A stretch of DNA of 64,000 nucleotides from an uncultured Planctomycetaceae bacterium (GTDB taxonomy: Bacteria; Planctomycetota; Planctomycetia; Planctomycetales; Planctomycetaceae): positions 448,001-512,000 of the forward strand of contig CAWFAK010000017.1 of assembly GCA_963813715.1 (NCBI GenBank), written 5' to 3'. Below, in pieces: positions 1 to 11,296 of this stretch. Under the pieces are notes generated by a model. The model saw only the letters and a program-made list of their open reading frames with translations. It had not been told where the DNA came from and made no database searches. The position numbers and the translations under genes are program-made. How positions within the stretch are numbered: position 1 is the stretch's first letter; each line of letters opens with the position of its first letter.

Positions 1-104
1 GCGCCGGCGGCCGCCTGTGCGGAACGTTCCGAACGTGCACTGGGAGACCGTCGGCCTGATCTCGGGCTAAATTCGTGGCGGAGGCCGGCTCAGCTTGTTC
101 CGTC

Positions 105-1229
105 TTAATTTGTCCCGGCAGCCGCGGCCTTGTCGATCGCTTCGTCGATCTGGCCCCGCAGCGTCCCCTCGTCCTTCTCGGTGAGGGGCTCTTTTTTCCG
201 GACCGAGCAGATGATTGCGATGTTGTAACCGTCGGGCCGCTGCCGAATGATCGCCGTAGTCCCGGGGATACTGCCAAAGAAGAACCATTGCTTGTCCTGG
301 CCCAGTTGGCGGGGCTGCCCGTTGGCCCAATAGTGGTCAAAGAATTTGCATAGGGCCGGTGCGGTCGCGACCAGGCCGCCAAACGAATCCATCAGCTCGA
401 CGGGCACGTCCTTGACCGGAGACCAGACTTCGCGCGGATCGCGGTCGCTGGCGAAGTGCCGTCCACCCCGAATGTCCTCAATGCCCAGCGGTTTCAGAAT
501 GTCGTCGCGCACGTAATTGACGTACGACTTGGCCGTCGCCTTTTCGATCACGCGACCCAGCACGCAATAGCCGAAATTCGAGTTGACCGTCTGCGTTCCG
601 GGATCGAACTGCAACGGCTCGCTCAGCATATAGCGAACCACCTCCAGCGGCCGCAGTCGCCGCGTGACGTGCAGGGTTTTGTTTATGTCGTGGACGTGCA
701 GAAACGGGTCGTACTGGCTGGCGTCCCAGCCCCCCTGGTGCTCGAGCAACTGATCGATCGTGATGACGTCGAGTCGGTGATCGGGATTGTCCGGTCGCAG
801 CGGCTTGAGTTTGAGATACGGGAAGACTTTGGTGTCGCCCGTCAGCTTGCCGTCGCGAATCAGTTTGTGGACGGCGGCGGCCGTAATCGACTGGGTGATG
901 CCGCCGATCCGCAACAGCGCGTCGGGCAGCGTGTGCTTCGTCTCTTGAGAATCGCGCCAACCGTAACCGCGGGAAAAGACCGGCTTATTGTTGAGCGAGA
1001 CGGCCGCGGTCGCTGCCGGGCAGTCGTTGCGATCCATGAACTCCATTACCGCTTTGTCGACCCCGGCGTAGGCCCGCACCGGCGTGCCCGTTGGCGTCGG
1101 CGTTTCGCCCGACAGTCGATCGCCGCCGATGGCTACCGGGGCAATCGCCGCCACGACGGATGCCGCGATGGAGAGCACGTGCAGGCTGGGAGTGTGGACC
1201 CGATTCTGGCGTCGACGATACCGGGCCAT
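105..1229 (-). CDS. Serine hydrolase/class C beta-lactamase-fold protein, probably exported, with degenerate catalytic motifs
   Basis: Family segments (SRGYG, ITIDQLLEHQGGWD, LQFDPG..SNFGYCVLGRVIEK, FGGLVATA, FFGSIPGT). SxxK reads GITQ and YxN reads NSN. Hydrophobic N-terminal segment. Confidence 0.85.
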   Translation of the reverse strand: MARYRRRQNRVHTPSLHVLSIAASVVAAIAPVAIGGDRLSGETPTPTGTPVRAYAGVDKAVMEFMDRNDCPAATAAVSLNNKPVFSRGYGWRDSQETKHTLPDALLRIGGITQSITAAAVHKLIRDGKLTGDTKVFPYLKLKPLRPDNPDHRLDVITIDQLLEHQGGWDASQYDPFLHVHDINKTLHVTRRLRPLEVVRYMLSEPLQFDPGTQTVNSNFGYCVLGRVIEKATAKSYVNYVRDDILKPLGIEDIRGGRHFASDRDPREVWSPVKDVPVELMDSFGGLVATAPALCKFFDHYWANGQPRQLGQDKQWFFFGSIPGTTAIIRQRPDGYNIAIICSVRKKEPLTEKDEGTLRGQIDEAIDKAAAAGTN

Positions 1230-1286
1230 CGCATGATCTCACTTCAAGTTGAAGGATCACCGAGCGCCCGTGCCGCGGTGATCGAT

Positions 1287-1869
1287 TCAGGTCGGTTGCC
1301 CGTCGGCCGTTTGGCGATCAGCAAAATGCTTGAGGCCGGGCAAGCCGTCGATACTCTGCCGGTTCTTCGTGGTCTTGTACTCGGCGATTCCTTCCGGCCC
1401 CTTGCGGTCGCACCAGGCCGGGAGCTGGGTGCGGTCGCCCTTGAATTCGTAAAGCGGAATTCCGTAGCCGCAGGAGTCGGCGATCATCTCCACATGTAGA
1501 ACAATGATCGACCGTGGGGAGTCATATTGCGGCAACTGTCCGGCATACGTGTCCCAGGCGATGTCATTGGGCTCGATGGCTTGGCCGCGGCCGCGCAGCC
1601 GGAGGATTCGCGGCGGTCCCTGGAACGCGCAAAAACATGATCGTCAGGCGGCCATTTTCGCGGAGATGGGCCACCGTTTCGATGCCGCTGCCCGTGAAAT
1701 CGACGTAGGCGACTGTCGTCGGTCCGAGAATCCGCAGGCAGTCGAGCCCTTTTGGCGAAACGTTGACGTGGCCATCGGCCGCGAGCGGCGCCGTGGCGAC
1801 AAAGAACATCTTCTGCTGCCCGATGAATTCGCGAAGGGCTGCGTTCAGTTCGGGATAGAGGCTGCCCAC
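1287..1869 (-). CDS. Pyridoxamine 5'-phosphate oxidase-related FMN-binding protein (frameshifted)
   Basis: MFFVATAPLAADGHVNVSPKG..GSGIETVAHLRENGRLTIMF in ORF 1564-1869. C-terminus SCGYGIPLYEFKGDR..NRQSIDGLPGL in ORF 1287-1535. Confidence 0.8.
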
Positions 1870-2116
1870 TTCGGCTCCGTGGCTGGGCTGAGTTGCGGCC
1901 CGATTTTCGCTCTTGGCTCTATGTTAGCACGCGTCGGCAAAACTTCGGAGAGTGCGGTATTGTGCGCGGAATGCTTACGTGCGTTTACTCGGTTAAACCA
2001 TAGATTCCGCGATCCCTCGTCTATAAAATGACAAACGCGATGCGACCGACCGCGCCGTGCTCGCTGCGCGAGAGTTCTACGCGGGGAACCGGTCCGCACC
2101 GGGGCGGAGAGTCCGG

Positions 2117-4602
2117 ATGGAACGCCGAGCCGTCACGGTCGAAGGTATTGTGCAAGGCGTCGGTTTCCGGCCCTTTGTCTACTCGCTGGCGGCGCGGCTC
2201 GATCTCGTCGGGTTCGTCCAGAATCAATCTGGTCGTGTGCGAATCGAGGTCGAGGGGAACCCCAGCTCGCTCGAGCGTTTCGTTCGCGAGCTGCACGAAC
2301 AGGCGCCGCCGCTGGCGCGGATCGACGCGATCACATCCCAGTCGGAAGCGCCGCGCGGCGAGACAAAGTTCCGCATCGAGGCCAGCGATCACGACGGCGA
2401 CAGTCCGATTTTCATTTCGCCCGACGTCGCCACCTGTCCCGACTGCCTGGCGGAGCTCTTCGATCCGTCCGATCGGCATTACCGCTATCCGTTTCTGAAC
2501 TGCACCAATTGCGGACCGCGGCTGACGATTATTGAAGGTGCGCCTACGATCGGGGACGCACGACGATGGCCGCGTTTCCAATGTGTGCCGATTGCGCGGC
2601 CGAGTACGCCGACCCTCGCGATCGCCGCTTTCACGCCCAACCGGCCGCCTGCCCCGCTTGCGGACCGCGACTTTCGATTTGCAATGCCGACGGACGGCCC
2701 ATCGAATCGAACGATCCGGTGGTGACCTTTGTCGAAGCACTCCGCCAGGGACAGATCGGTGCGATCAAGGGTTTAGGCGGCTATCACCTGGCCTGCGCCG
2801 CCGCCCGCGCGAGCGTCGTTCAGGAGTTGCGGCAGCGCAAACACCGCGATGAAAAGCCGTTCGCCGTGATGGTGCGGGACGTCGAGACGGCCGCTCGGCT
2901 GTGCGAGATCGATGCCGACGAACGGGAACTGCTGGAGTCGCCGCGGCGGCCCATCGTCCTGCTGCGGAAGCGGCCGACGTTGGGCGAGCTCGTCTGCGAC
3001 GCCGTCGCACCGGGCAATCCGCGCTTGGGGGTCATGCTCCCCTATACCCCACTACATCACTTGTTGTTCGCGGAGTTTCCGCGGCAGTCGCTGGTGATGA
3101 CGAGCGGCAATCGCTCGGACGAGCCGATCGCTTACGAAGACGCCGACGCCTTCGAGCGATTGCGCGGCATCGCGGACGTGTTTTTGATCCACAATCGGCC
3201 CGATCCATGTACGCTGCGACGATTCGGTGACGCGGATTGTCGATTCGCGCGAATCGCCCGTCCGCCGCTCGCGCGGCTATGCGCCGCAGCCGGTGCCGTT
3301 GCCCCTCGCCTGCCCGCGGCCGATTCTGGCGGTCGGCGGGCAGCTGAAGGGCGTGTTTGCCCTCGGCCGCGGCCGGCAGGCCTTTTTGAGCCATCACTTG
3401 GGCGACCTTGACCAGTGGGACGCGTACCGGGCGTTCGTTCGTGACGTCGGGCTTTACGAAGAGCTGTTCGCCGTCGTCCCCGAGTTGATCGTTCACGATC
3501 TGCATCCCGATTACGCGTCGACGAACTACGCCCGCCAGCGCGGTTCGTCCACCGGAGTTCCCCTGTTAGCCGTGCAGCATCATCATGCGCACGTGGCCAG
3601 CGGGATGGCCGAACACGGTCTCGATGAGCCGGTCATCGGCGTGTCGTTCGACGGCACGGGATACGGGACCGACGGAGCGATCTGGGGAGGCGAATTCCTC
3701 GTCGCCGATTACCGAGGCTTTCGTCGCGCCGCCCATTTGCGCTACGTCGGACTGCCGGGGGGCGATTCGGCCGTTCGCGAGCCGTGGCGGATGGCGGCGG
3801 CCCACCTGCTCGACGCCGGCTGTTCGTACGAACTGCTGGCTGCGCGGATCGAACCCACCAAGCTGCGGACGATCGCCGCCATGCTCGAGCGGAGAATCAA
3901 TACGCCGCTGACGTCGAGCGCCGGCCGCCTGTTCGACGCGGTGAGCGCGCTGGCCGGCGTCCGCGATACGACCAGTTACGAGGGCCAGGCGGCGATCGAG
4001 CTGGAATGGCTGGCGGAGCAGTCGCGAGCCTGCCGGAGCCTATCCCTTTGAGCTCACCCCGGTCACCGAGAGTTCTCAACCAGCCGCGCCTGCGACCGCC
4101 GCGCCGTGGCAAATCGATACGCGGCCGCTGATTCGTGCCGTTGCTGCCGACGTGCAGCAGGGGGTCGACGCCGCGCCGCGTGGCCCGCCGCTTCCACACG
4201 TCGATCGTCGAAATGATTGCGACGACCTGCGCGCTCATTCGCGAGCAATGCGGGATCGACGCGGTCGTCCTCAGCGGCGGCGTTTTCATGAACGCGCTGG
4301 TTGCCACCGAATCGGCGGCCCGGCTCTCCGCGGACGGCTTTCGCGTTTACCGACACGTGCTCGTCCCGCCGAACGACGGGGGGATCAGCCTCGGGCAATT
4401 GGCGATCGGGGCGGCCGCACTCGCCCATGGGACGGTCACTTCTTTACCGCGGGCATCGGAATTGCACACGCCGGTCGCGGTGGCCGGACCGAGGCCCGGT
4501 CAGCCGTCGCCGCGAACTGCTCGAACCACTCGAACCGAGATTGGTCTCAACTCTGCCGCCCGTCGCCCTTGCTTAGCCCCGCACGCACGACAGGAAGGAT
4601 GA
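2117..4602 (+). CDS. hypF: Hydrogenase maturation carbamoyltransferase HypF (split across at least four ORFs by indels)
   Basis: Acylphosphatase GIVQGVGFRPF, Zn fingers CPDC/CTNCGPR/CADC/CPACGP, KGLGG, HDLHPDY, QHHHAH, DGTGYG, SSAGRLFDAV, PPNDGGISLGQ. Confidence 0.95.
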
Positions 4603-4606
4603 ACGC

Positions 4607-4858
4607 ATGTGTCTCGCCATACCGGGCAAAGTCGTCGACCTGTATCGGGAGCACGACGTTTTGATGGGGAAGGTCGACTTCGGCGGCGTCTCGAAGCGGG
4701 TCTGCCTCGAGCACACGCCCGAAGTGCAGCCGGGGCAATACGTCATCGTCCACGTTGGCTTCGCGTTGCAGGTCGTGGACGAAGAGGAGGCGAAACAAGT
4801 CTTTTCGTTCCTGGAAGGGATGAACGAACTGGGCGAGCTGCAAACGGACCAGACCTGA
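4607..4858 (+). CDS. hypC: Hydrogenase assembly chaperone HypC/HupF
   Basis: MCLAIPGKV N-terminus, YVIVHVGFA, 83 aa. Confidence 0.97.
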   Translation: MCLAIPGKVVDLYREHDVLMGKVDFGGVSKRVCLEHTPEVQPGQYVIVHVGFALQVVDEEEAKQVFSFLEGMNELGELQTDQT

Positions 4859-4966
4859 GGGCGAGCGCCGCGAGTGTAAGCCGGCCGGTTCCGAATTATT
4901 GCCGGGCTCTTTTCTGTTGACTGGCAAGCCCGACGAGGTCGGAGGAATCAAAAACCAAGAACCGGC

Positions 4967-6139
4967 ATGACACTCGCCGCTCGCCGGGAGGGTGAAACCG
5001 TGAAGTACCAGCAGGAATATCGCGACCCGGTCGCCGCCCAGAAGTTGCGGCAGGCGATTGCCGGGATCACCACGCAACCCTGGACGATCATGGAGGTCTG
5101 CGGCGGGCAGACGCATTCAATCGTCAAATATGGGATCGACGAACTGTTGCCACCGAAGGTCGAGCTGGTGCACGGACCGGGTTGCCCGGTCTGCGTCACG
5201 CCGCTGGAGCTGATCGACCGGGCCATCGCCATCGCCGCGCGACCCGAAGTGATCTTCTGTTCGTTCGGCGACATGCTGCGCGTCCCCGGCAGCCGGCGGG
5301 ATTTGTTTGACGTGAAGGCGGCGGGCGGCGACGTGCGCATCGTCTATTCGCCGCTCGACTGTTTGAAAATCGCCGAGCAAAATCCGGATCGCACCGTGGT
5401 GTTCTTCGCGGTCGGCTTCGAGACCACGTCGCCTCCCAACGCGATGGCCGTCATGCAGGCGAAGCGGCGCGGGATCAAGAACTTCGCCGTGCTGGTTTCG
5501 CACGTGCTGGTGCCGCCGGCCATGCGGGCGATCCTTTCGTCGCCGACCAACCGCGTGCAGGGTTTCCTGGGAGCAGGGCACGTCTGCGCCGTGATGGGCT
5601 ACGAGGAATACGAGCCGCTCGCGCAAGAGTTTCAAATTCCCATCGTGGTCACCGGTTTTGAGCCGCTCGATCTGCTGGAAGGCATCTACCGCTGCGTCAG
5701 CATGCTGGAGGCGGGCAAGGTGGGCGTGGAAAATCCGTATGCCCGCGCCGTTCGCCGCGAGGGGAATCGGCCGGCCCGCCAGCTCGTCGACGACGTCTTC
5801 GAAGTCGGCGACCGCAAATGGCGGGGCATCGGCACCATTCCGCAAAGCGGCCTGAAACTGCGGCCGGAATTCGCCGAATACGACGCGGAAACGCGGTTCG
5901 CGGTGTCTCAGCTCGAGGTGCTCGAATCGGACGTCTGCATCAGCGGGCTGATCCTGCAGGGCATCCGCAAACCGCACGAGTGTCCGGCATTCGGCAAGAC
6001 GTGCACGCCGGAGCGACCGCTCGGTGCGACGATGGTTTCTTCGGAAGGGGCCTGCGCGGCTTACTACAACTACGGTCGCTACCGGGGAACGACGCCGGTG
6101 CCGCGTTTGAGGTTTTATTGCATGACGGACGCCAGATGA
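4967..6139 (+). CDS. hypD: Hydrogenase formation protein HypD (true start may be GTG at 5000)
   Basis: [56 protein letters not shown]. Confidence 0.97.
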   Translation: MTLAARREGETVKYQQEYRDPVAAQKLRQAIAGITTQPWTIMEVCGGQTHSIVKYGIDELLPPKVELVHGPGCPVCVTPLELIDRAIAIAARPEVIFCSFGDMLRVPGSRRDLFDVKAAGGDVRIVYSPLDCLKIAEQNPDRTVVFFAVGFETTSPPNAMAVMQAKRRGIKNFAVLVSHVLVPPAMRAILSSPTNRVQGFLGAGHVCAVMGYEEYEPLAQEFQIPIVVTGFEPLDLLEGIYRCVSMLEAGKVGVENPYARAVRREGNRPARQLVDDVFEVGDRKWRGIGTIPQSGLKLRPEFAEYDAETRFAVSQLEVLESDVCISGLILQGIRKPHECPAFGKTCTPERPLGATMVSSEGACAAYYNYGRYRGTTPVPRLRFYCMTDAR

Positions 6140-7246
6140 ATGAACCTCGCGACGTCGATTTCGACCGCATGAGCTGTCCGCTCCCGCTGACGGACTACGA
6201 CCATGTTTTGCTGGGGCACGGCAGCGGCGGCAAACTGACGGCCGACCTCATTCAGCGCGTTTCTTGCCCGAGCTGGGCAATCCGATTCTGGACGCGCTGG
6301 AAGATCAGGCCATCGTCCCGTTCGGCGCAGGTCAGGGCGGCGCAGCAAATGCGCAGCGACCAACGGGCATGCCGCCCCGCGGCTGGCTTTCACTACTGAC
6401 TCGTTCGTCGTCCGGCCCCTGTTCTTTCCCGGGCGGCGACATCGGCCGTCTGGCTGTGCACGGCACGGTGAACGATCTGGCGGTCGGCGGTGCGATCCCG
6501 CTCTATCTCTCCGCGGCCTTCATCCTCGAAGAAGGCCTGCCGATGAACGATTTGCGGCGGATCGTCACCTCGTTGGCCGAGGCGTGTCGCGAAGCGAACG
6601 TCCAGCTCGTCACCGGCGACACCAAGGTCGTCGACCATGGCAAAGGTGATCAGATCTTCATCACGACTTCGGGCATCGGCATTGTGCCGGCGGGTCGCCG
6701 GCTGTCGATCCGCAAAGCGCGGCCCGGCGATCGCGTGATCGTGTCGGGCACGATCGGCGACCACGGCATCGCCATCATGTCGCTGCGCGAAGGGATTGAA
6801 TTCGAGACCGTGCTCGAGAGCGACTCCGCCGCCCTGCACGATCTCACCCGAGTGATGCTGGACGCGTGTCCGGAGATCCGCTGCATGCGCGATCCGACGC
6901 GCGGCGGCGTCTCCAGCGCGCTCAACGAATTGGCCGCCGCCTCGAACGTCGGTGTCCATATCCATGAGCCAAAGCTCCCCGTCCGAGCGGAGGTCTCGGC
7001 GGCATGTGAAATGCTCGGTTTGGATCCCCTTTACGTGGCGAACGAGGGAAAACTCATCGCCGTGGTGCCGGCCGAGCACGCGGAACGTGTCTTGAGCGTC
7101 ATGCGACAACATCCTCTGGGCGCAATTCCGCGCTCATCGGTGAGATCGTCCAGGACCATCCGGGGATGGTCATCATGCGGTCGGTCATCGGAGGGGACCG
7201 CGTCGTCACCATGCTGGCAGGAGAACAGCTCCCGAGAATCTGCTGA
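6136..7246 (+). CDS. hypE: Carbamoyl dehydratase HypE (several indels)
   Basis: [40 protein letters not shown]. The canonical C-terminus GEQLPRIC* ends at TGA 7244-7246 in another frame. Confidence 0.93.
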
Positions 7247-7319
7247 ATTTGCCGACGATTGGCCACGCATCCAATTCGCCGCCATCCGCCAAAACCTCAC
7301 CAAAACACGAGGAGATCCC

Positions 7320-8390
7320 ATGATTAAAGGGAATGGCAGGAGTACGGGGCAAACGATTCAGGCGAGACGCCCACCCGACGTGAAAGAGATTCACGTCGTC
7401 TGGATGACCGGCGGGCTGAGCTGCGACGGCGACAGCGTGTCGATCACCGCCGCCATGCAGCCCAGCGTCGAAGATGTGGTGATGGGGGCCATTCCCGGTT
7501 TGCCCAAGGTCCACCTGCACAACCCAGTCCTCGCCTACGAGAACGGCGATGACTTCATGAAGTGGTGGTACATGGCGGAAAAGGGTGAACTCGATCCGTT
7601 CGTTCTGGTCATGGAAGGATCAATCCCCAATGAGCGAATCAAAGCCGAAGGGTACTGGGCGGCCTTCGGCACGAACCACGAAACGGGTCAACCGATAACC
7701 ACCTGTGAATGGATCGATCGGCTGGCGCCGAAAGCGTTGGCGGTCGTCGCGGCCGGCACGTGCGCGACCTACGGCGGAATTCATGCCATGATGGGTAATC
7801 CCACCGGTGCCATGGGCCTGGCCGACTACCTCGGCTGGACTTGGAAGTCGAAGGCCGGCGTGCCGATCATCAACGTCCCGGGCTGTCCGGTGCAGCCGGA
7901 CAATTTCATGGAGACGTTGCTCTACCTGCTTTACCAGGTCGCCGGCCTCGCTCCGATGATCCCGCTTGACGATCAGCTGCGGCCGAAGTGGCTCTTCGAG
8001 CACACAGTGCATGAAGGCTGCGATCGCGGCGGCTACTACGAAGAGGGGCAGTTCGCACACGAGTACGGCAAGCCCGAATGCCTCGTGAAGCTCGGCTGCT
8101 GGGGACCGGTCGTCAACTGCAACGTCACCAAGCGCGGTTGGATGGCCGGCATTGGCGGTTGCCCGAACGTCGGCGGCATCTGCATCGGCTGCACGATGCC
8201 GGGCTTCCCCGACAAATTCATGCCCTTCATGGATCCGCCTCCGGGCTCGATGGTCTCCTCGTCCGCTTCCCGGGCCTACGGGAGCGTGATCCGGTCCTTG
8301 CGGAAAATCACGCAGCGTACGGCCAACAAGGAGCCAAAGTGGCGTCATCCGGGGAATGTACTGACGACCGGTTACACGGCTTCCCGTTGA
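7320..8390 (+). CDS. hhyS: Group 1h [NiFe]-hydrogenase small subunit
   Basis: GGAG RBS before ATG 7320. LSCDGDSVSITAA (Asp-containing proximal-cluster motif), GTCATYGG, PGCP, HEGCDR, CLVKLGCWGP, GCPNVGGICIGC. No Tat signal or C-terminal TM anchor. Confidence 0.93.
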   Translation: MIKGNGRSTGQTIQARRPPDVKEIHVVWMTGGLSCDGDSVSITAAMQPSVEDVVMGAIPGLPKVHLHNPVLAYENGDDFMKWWYMAEKGELDPFVLVMEGSIPNERIKAEGYWAAFGTNHETGQPITTCEWIDRLAPKALAVVAAGTCATYGGIHAMMGNPTGAMGLADYLGWTWKSKAGVPIINVPGCPVQPDNFMETLLYLLYQVAGLAPMIPLDDQLRPKWLFEHTVHEGCDRGGYYEEGQFAHEYGKPECLVKLGCWGPVVNCNVTKRGWMAGIGGCPNVGGICIGCTMPGFPDKFMPFMDPPPGSMVSSSASRAYGSVIRSLRKITQRTANKEPKWRHPGNVLTTGYTASR

Positions 8391-8565
8391 CCTGTCCTTC
8401 GGGACGGGCGGGCCTGATTCGGTGCGACGCCGATCAGGCCCAACGCACGGCCGACGGCTCCGCGACACGCGGACAGAATACTTGGTCCGGATGCAGCTGC
8501 ACGTTTGAGGAACACCAAATAAAACCGGCCGGCGCGTCTCGCCGGCCGCCAACGGAGAATCGACC

Positions 8566-10366
8566 ATGGCGACTGCTATTCTTCCGAAAACCGCGGCCGA
8601 CAAGGAGCCGGGCAAGCTGGTCGAAATGAGCTGGGATCCGATCACCCGGATCGTCGGCAGTCTGGGCATCTTCACCAAGATCGACTTTGCCAAGAAGCAA
8701 GTCGCCGAGTGCTACAGCACTTCGTCGATCTTCCGCGGCTACAGCATCTTTATGAAGGGCAAAGATCCGCGGGACGCCCACTTCATTACCAGCCGCATCT
8801 GCGGGATCTGCGGCGACAACCACGCGACATGCGCCGTGCTACGCCCAGAACATGGCCTTTGGCGTCGTGCCGCCGGCGCTGGGCGAGTGGATCATCAACC
8901 TGGGTGAAGCGGCCGAATACATGTTCGACCACAACATCTTCCAGGACAATCTGGTCGGCGTCGACTTCTGCGAGCAGATGGTGAAGGAGACCAATCCCGG
9001 CGTCTGGGAAAAAGCCAGAAAGACCGAGTCGCCCAATGCCGCCGCGCACGGTTACAAGACCATCGGCGACATTATGACGGCCCTCAATCCGTTTACCGGC
9101 GACTTCTATCGCGAGACGCTGCAAGTCAGCCGCATGACGCGCGAGATGTTCTGCCTGATGGAAGGCCGGCACGTCCATCCGTCGACCTTGTATCCGGGCG
9201 GCACCGGCACCGTCCCCACGGTGCAGCTCTTCACCGACTACCTCGTACGTTTGATGCGGTACGTCGAGTTCATGAAGAAGTGCCTGCCGCTGCACGAAGA
9301 CCTGTTCAACTTCTGGTACGAGGCGCTGCCCGGCTACGAAGAGGTGGGCCGCCGCCGCATCCTGCTCGGTTGCTGGGGTTCGTTCCAGGACCCGGCTGTG
9401 TGCGATTACCAATACCGCACGATGAACGAGTGGGGCAACGCGATGTTCGTCACCCCGGGCATCGTGGTCGACGGCAAACTCGTCACCACGAACCTGGTCG
9501 ATATCAACCTGGGCATCCGCATTCTCCTCGGCAGCTCGTATTACGACGACTGGGAGAACGAAGAGACGTTCGTGCGGCAGGACCCGCTGGGCAACCCGGT
9601 CGATCGCCGGCACCCGTGGAACCAGACAACCATTCCCAAGCCGCAGAAGCGCGACTTCGGCGGCAAGTACACGTGGGTGATGTCGCCCCGCTGGCTCGAT
9701 AAGCGGACGGGCGACCACCTGGCCCTCGACACGGGGGGCGGACCAATCGCTCGGCTGTGGGCGACGGCGCTCGCCGGCAAAGTCGACATCGGCTACATCA
9801 AGGCGACCGGCCAGAGCGTGAAGATGATGCTGCCCAAGACGGCCACCAAGCCCGAAGTCGAGTTCGAGTGGAAGATCCCGAAGTGGAGTAACGCCATCGA
9901 GCGCGACCGGGCGCGCACGTATTTCCAGGTCTACGCGGCTTGCTGCGGTCTGTATTTCGTCGAGCAGGCACTTCGCGAGCTGCACTCGGGTCGCACGGAG
10001 ACCTGGGCTCCGTTCAAGGTGCCCGACGAAGCGATCGGCTGCGGCTTCCACGAGGCGGTCCGCGGCGTGCTGTCGCATCACGTCGTGATTCGCAACGGCA
10101 AGATTGCCAACTATCACCCGTACCCGCCGACACCCTGGAACGCCAACCCTCGCGACAGCTACGGAACGCCCGGTCCGTACGAGGACGCCGTCCAGGGGAC
10201 GCCGATCTTCGAGGAGAACGGCCCGGACAAGTTCAAAGGCATCGACATCATGCGGGCGGTCCGCAGCTTTGATCCGTGCCTCCCCTGTGGAGTGCACATG
10301 TTCCTGGGGAATGGCCGCACGCTCGATGTTCGGCACCAGCCGATGTTCGGAGTGCCGAACGCGTGA
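8566..10366 (+). CDS. hhyL: Group 1h [NiFe]-hydrogenase large subunit (one frameshift near 8836)
   Basis: WDPITRIVGSLG, L1 SRICGICGDNH, L2 SFDPCLPCGVH, followed by a 22-aa C-terminal extension. Confidence 0.95.
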
Positions 10367-10374
10367 AGGACGCC

Positions 10375-10398
10375 GGAGGGCAAGCTGCCAGCTTGTCC
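10375..10398 (+). repeat. REP-like palindrome, family A (GGAG variant)
   Basis: GGAGGGCAAGCTGCCAGCTTGTCC. Same core as the copies at 16144, 27957 and 28003. Confidence 0.8.
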
Positions 10399-10406
10399 GC
10401 CGACGT

Positions 10407-10545
10407 GGGAGGGCGAAGCTCGGCTCGACTGTCGGACGGAAATCCGCCGAGCGACAGCGAGTGAGTTACATCCTGAAAGAGCAGCCTGACGCAGCAACGA
10501 AGACGCGGCAACAGAACCGAGGCTCGGCGGGAGCCTCGCTCTCCC
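10407..10545. repeat. Inverted pair of REP-like family B (GGGAGRGCGARGCTC..CCGCCGAGC)
   Basis: Interrupted copy at 10407-10452 and a reverse-complement copy GGGAGAGCGAGGCTCCCGCCGAGCC at 10521-10545. Confidence 0.6.
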
Positions 10546-10626
10546 GGATGGGATTGGTCAGAATGAGCCCCGCGTTGGTCTGAAGCCGACGGATGGGAGA
10601 TCGAATGGCCTTCGTGGATCGAACGC

Positions 10627-11257
10627 ATGCCTGAGCCCACGCCCCTGCCCCAAGGAATGGATCGGATCGAGGAGCTGGTCGCGCGGATCGAAGGGGCCGC
10701 CGATCCGAGTTTACGAGACGACGCGCTGGCGTTAGTCCAACTACTGCTGGATCTGCATCGCCAAGGCTTGGCGCGGATTATCGAGATCGCCGGCCATCCC
10801 GACACCTCGCGTCTAAACGGGGGGTCGTCGAATGGAAAAGCGGCGAACGGCGCCGCGTTAAATGGCACGGCGGCGAACGGCGCCGCGTCGAATGGAATGG
10901 GCGAACTCATTCACCGCCTGGCGGCCGACGAGCGGGTGGCTCCGCTCTTGATGCTGCACGATTTGCATCCTGTCGACTTGCCGACCCGCGTGGAGCAGGC
11001 GCTCGAAAAGGTGCGACCCCTGCTCCGTTCGCACGGTGGCGACGTCGAACTGGTCGATCTCAGCGACGGAGTCGTCAAACTCAAGCTCGATGGCAGCTGT
11101 CACGGTTGTCCGTCGTCGTCGATCACGCTGCGGAATGCCATCGAAGAGGCGATCTTCGAGTTCGCTCCCGACATCGAGCGCCTGGAAGTGGCGGGCGTCG
11201 TCGATCCGCCGCCCGACTTCCGGATTCGTCCCTTTGGAGGCCATTCGCGTCCGATAG
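10627..11257 (+). CDS. NifU/NfuA-domain Fe-S protein of the group 1h locus (HhyE-like); frameshift near 11215
   Basis: VRPLLRSHGGDVEL..GSCHGCPSSSITLRNAIEEAI. The C-terminus likely continues as SGFVPLEAIRVR*. Confidence 0.85.
10816..10902 (+). repeat. In-frame 15/30-bp tandem repeat encoding NGxxx pentapeptides
   Basis: NGGSS-NGKAA-NGAAL-NGTAA-NGAAS-NGMG. 30-bp units at 10831-10860 and 10861-10890. Confidence 0.85.
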
Positions 11258-11296
11258 CACGCTTCTGCTGCCTACATTTGCGTCGTCTGGAACCCC

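Noticed and set aside
1914..1929. TGGCTCTATGTTAGCA as a sigma54 promoter for the hydrogenase operon
   Set aside because: GG-N10-GC spacing is right, but both boxes deviate from TGGCAC/TTGC. Too weak to call.
7320..7400. RR pair near the HhyS N-terminus as a Tat signal
   Set aside because: ARRPPD lacks the RRxFLK consensus and a following hydrophobic region.
6264..8390. Apparent 708-aa HypE-hydrogenase small subunit fusion in the ORF track
   Set aside because: The canonical HypE end (GEQLPRIC*) is present in another frame with a stop at 7246, and hhyS has its own RBS and ATG at 7320. An indel near 7125 creates the read-through.
8786..10336. Long antisense ORFs (also 16614-18050, 20254-21816, 34292-35587, 54537-55931)
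   Set aside because: Shadow frames opposite well-supported genes, expected in high-GC DNA. No motifs of their own.
2117..10366. Programmed frameshifting or selenocysteine recoding in hydrogenase genes
   Set aside because: The L1 and L2 ligands are ordinary Cys codons. Frame breaks lack consistent slippery motifs and also occur in unrelated genes such as zwf and hemA.
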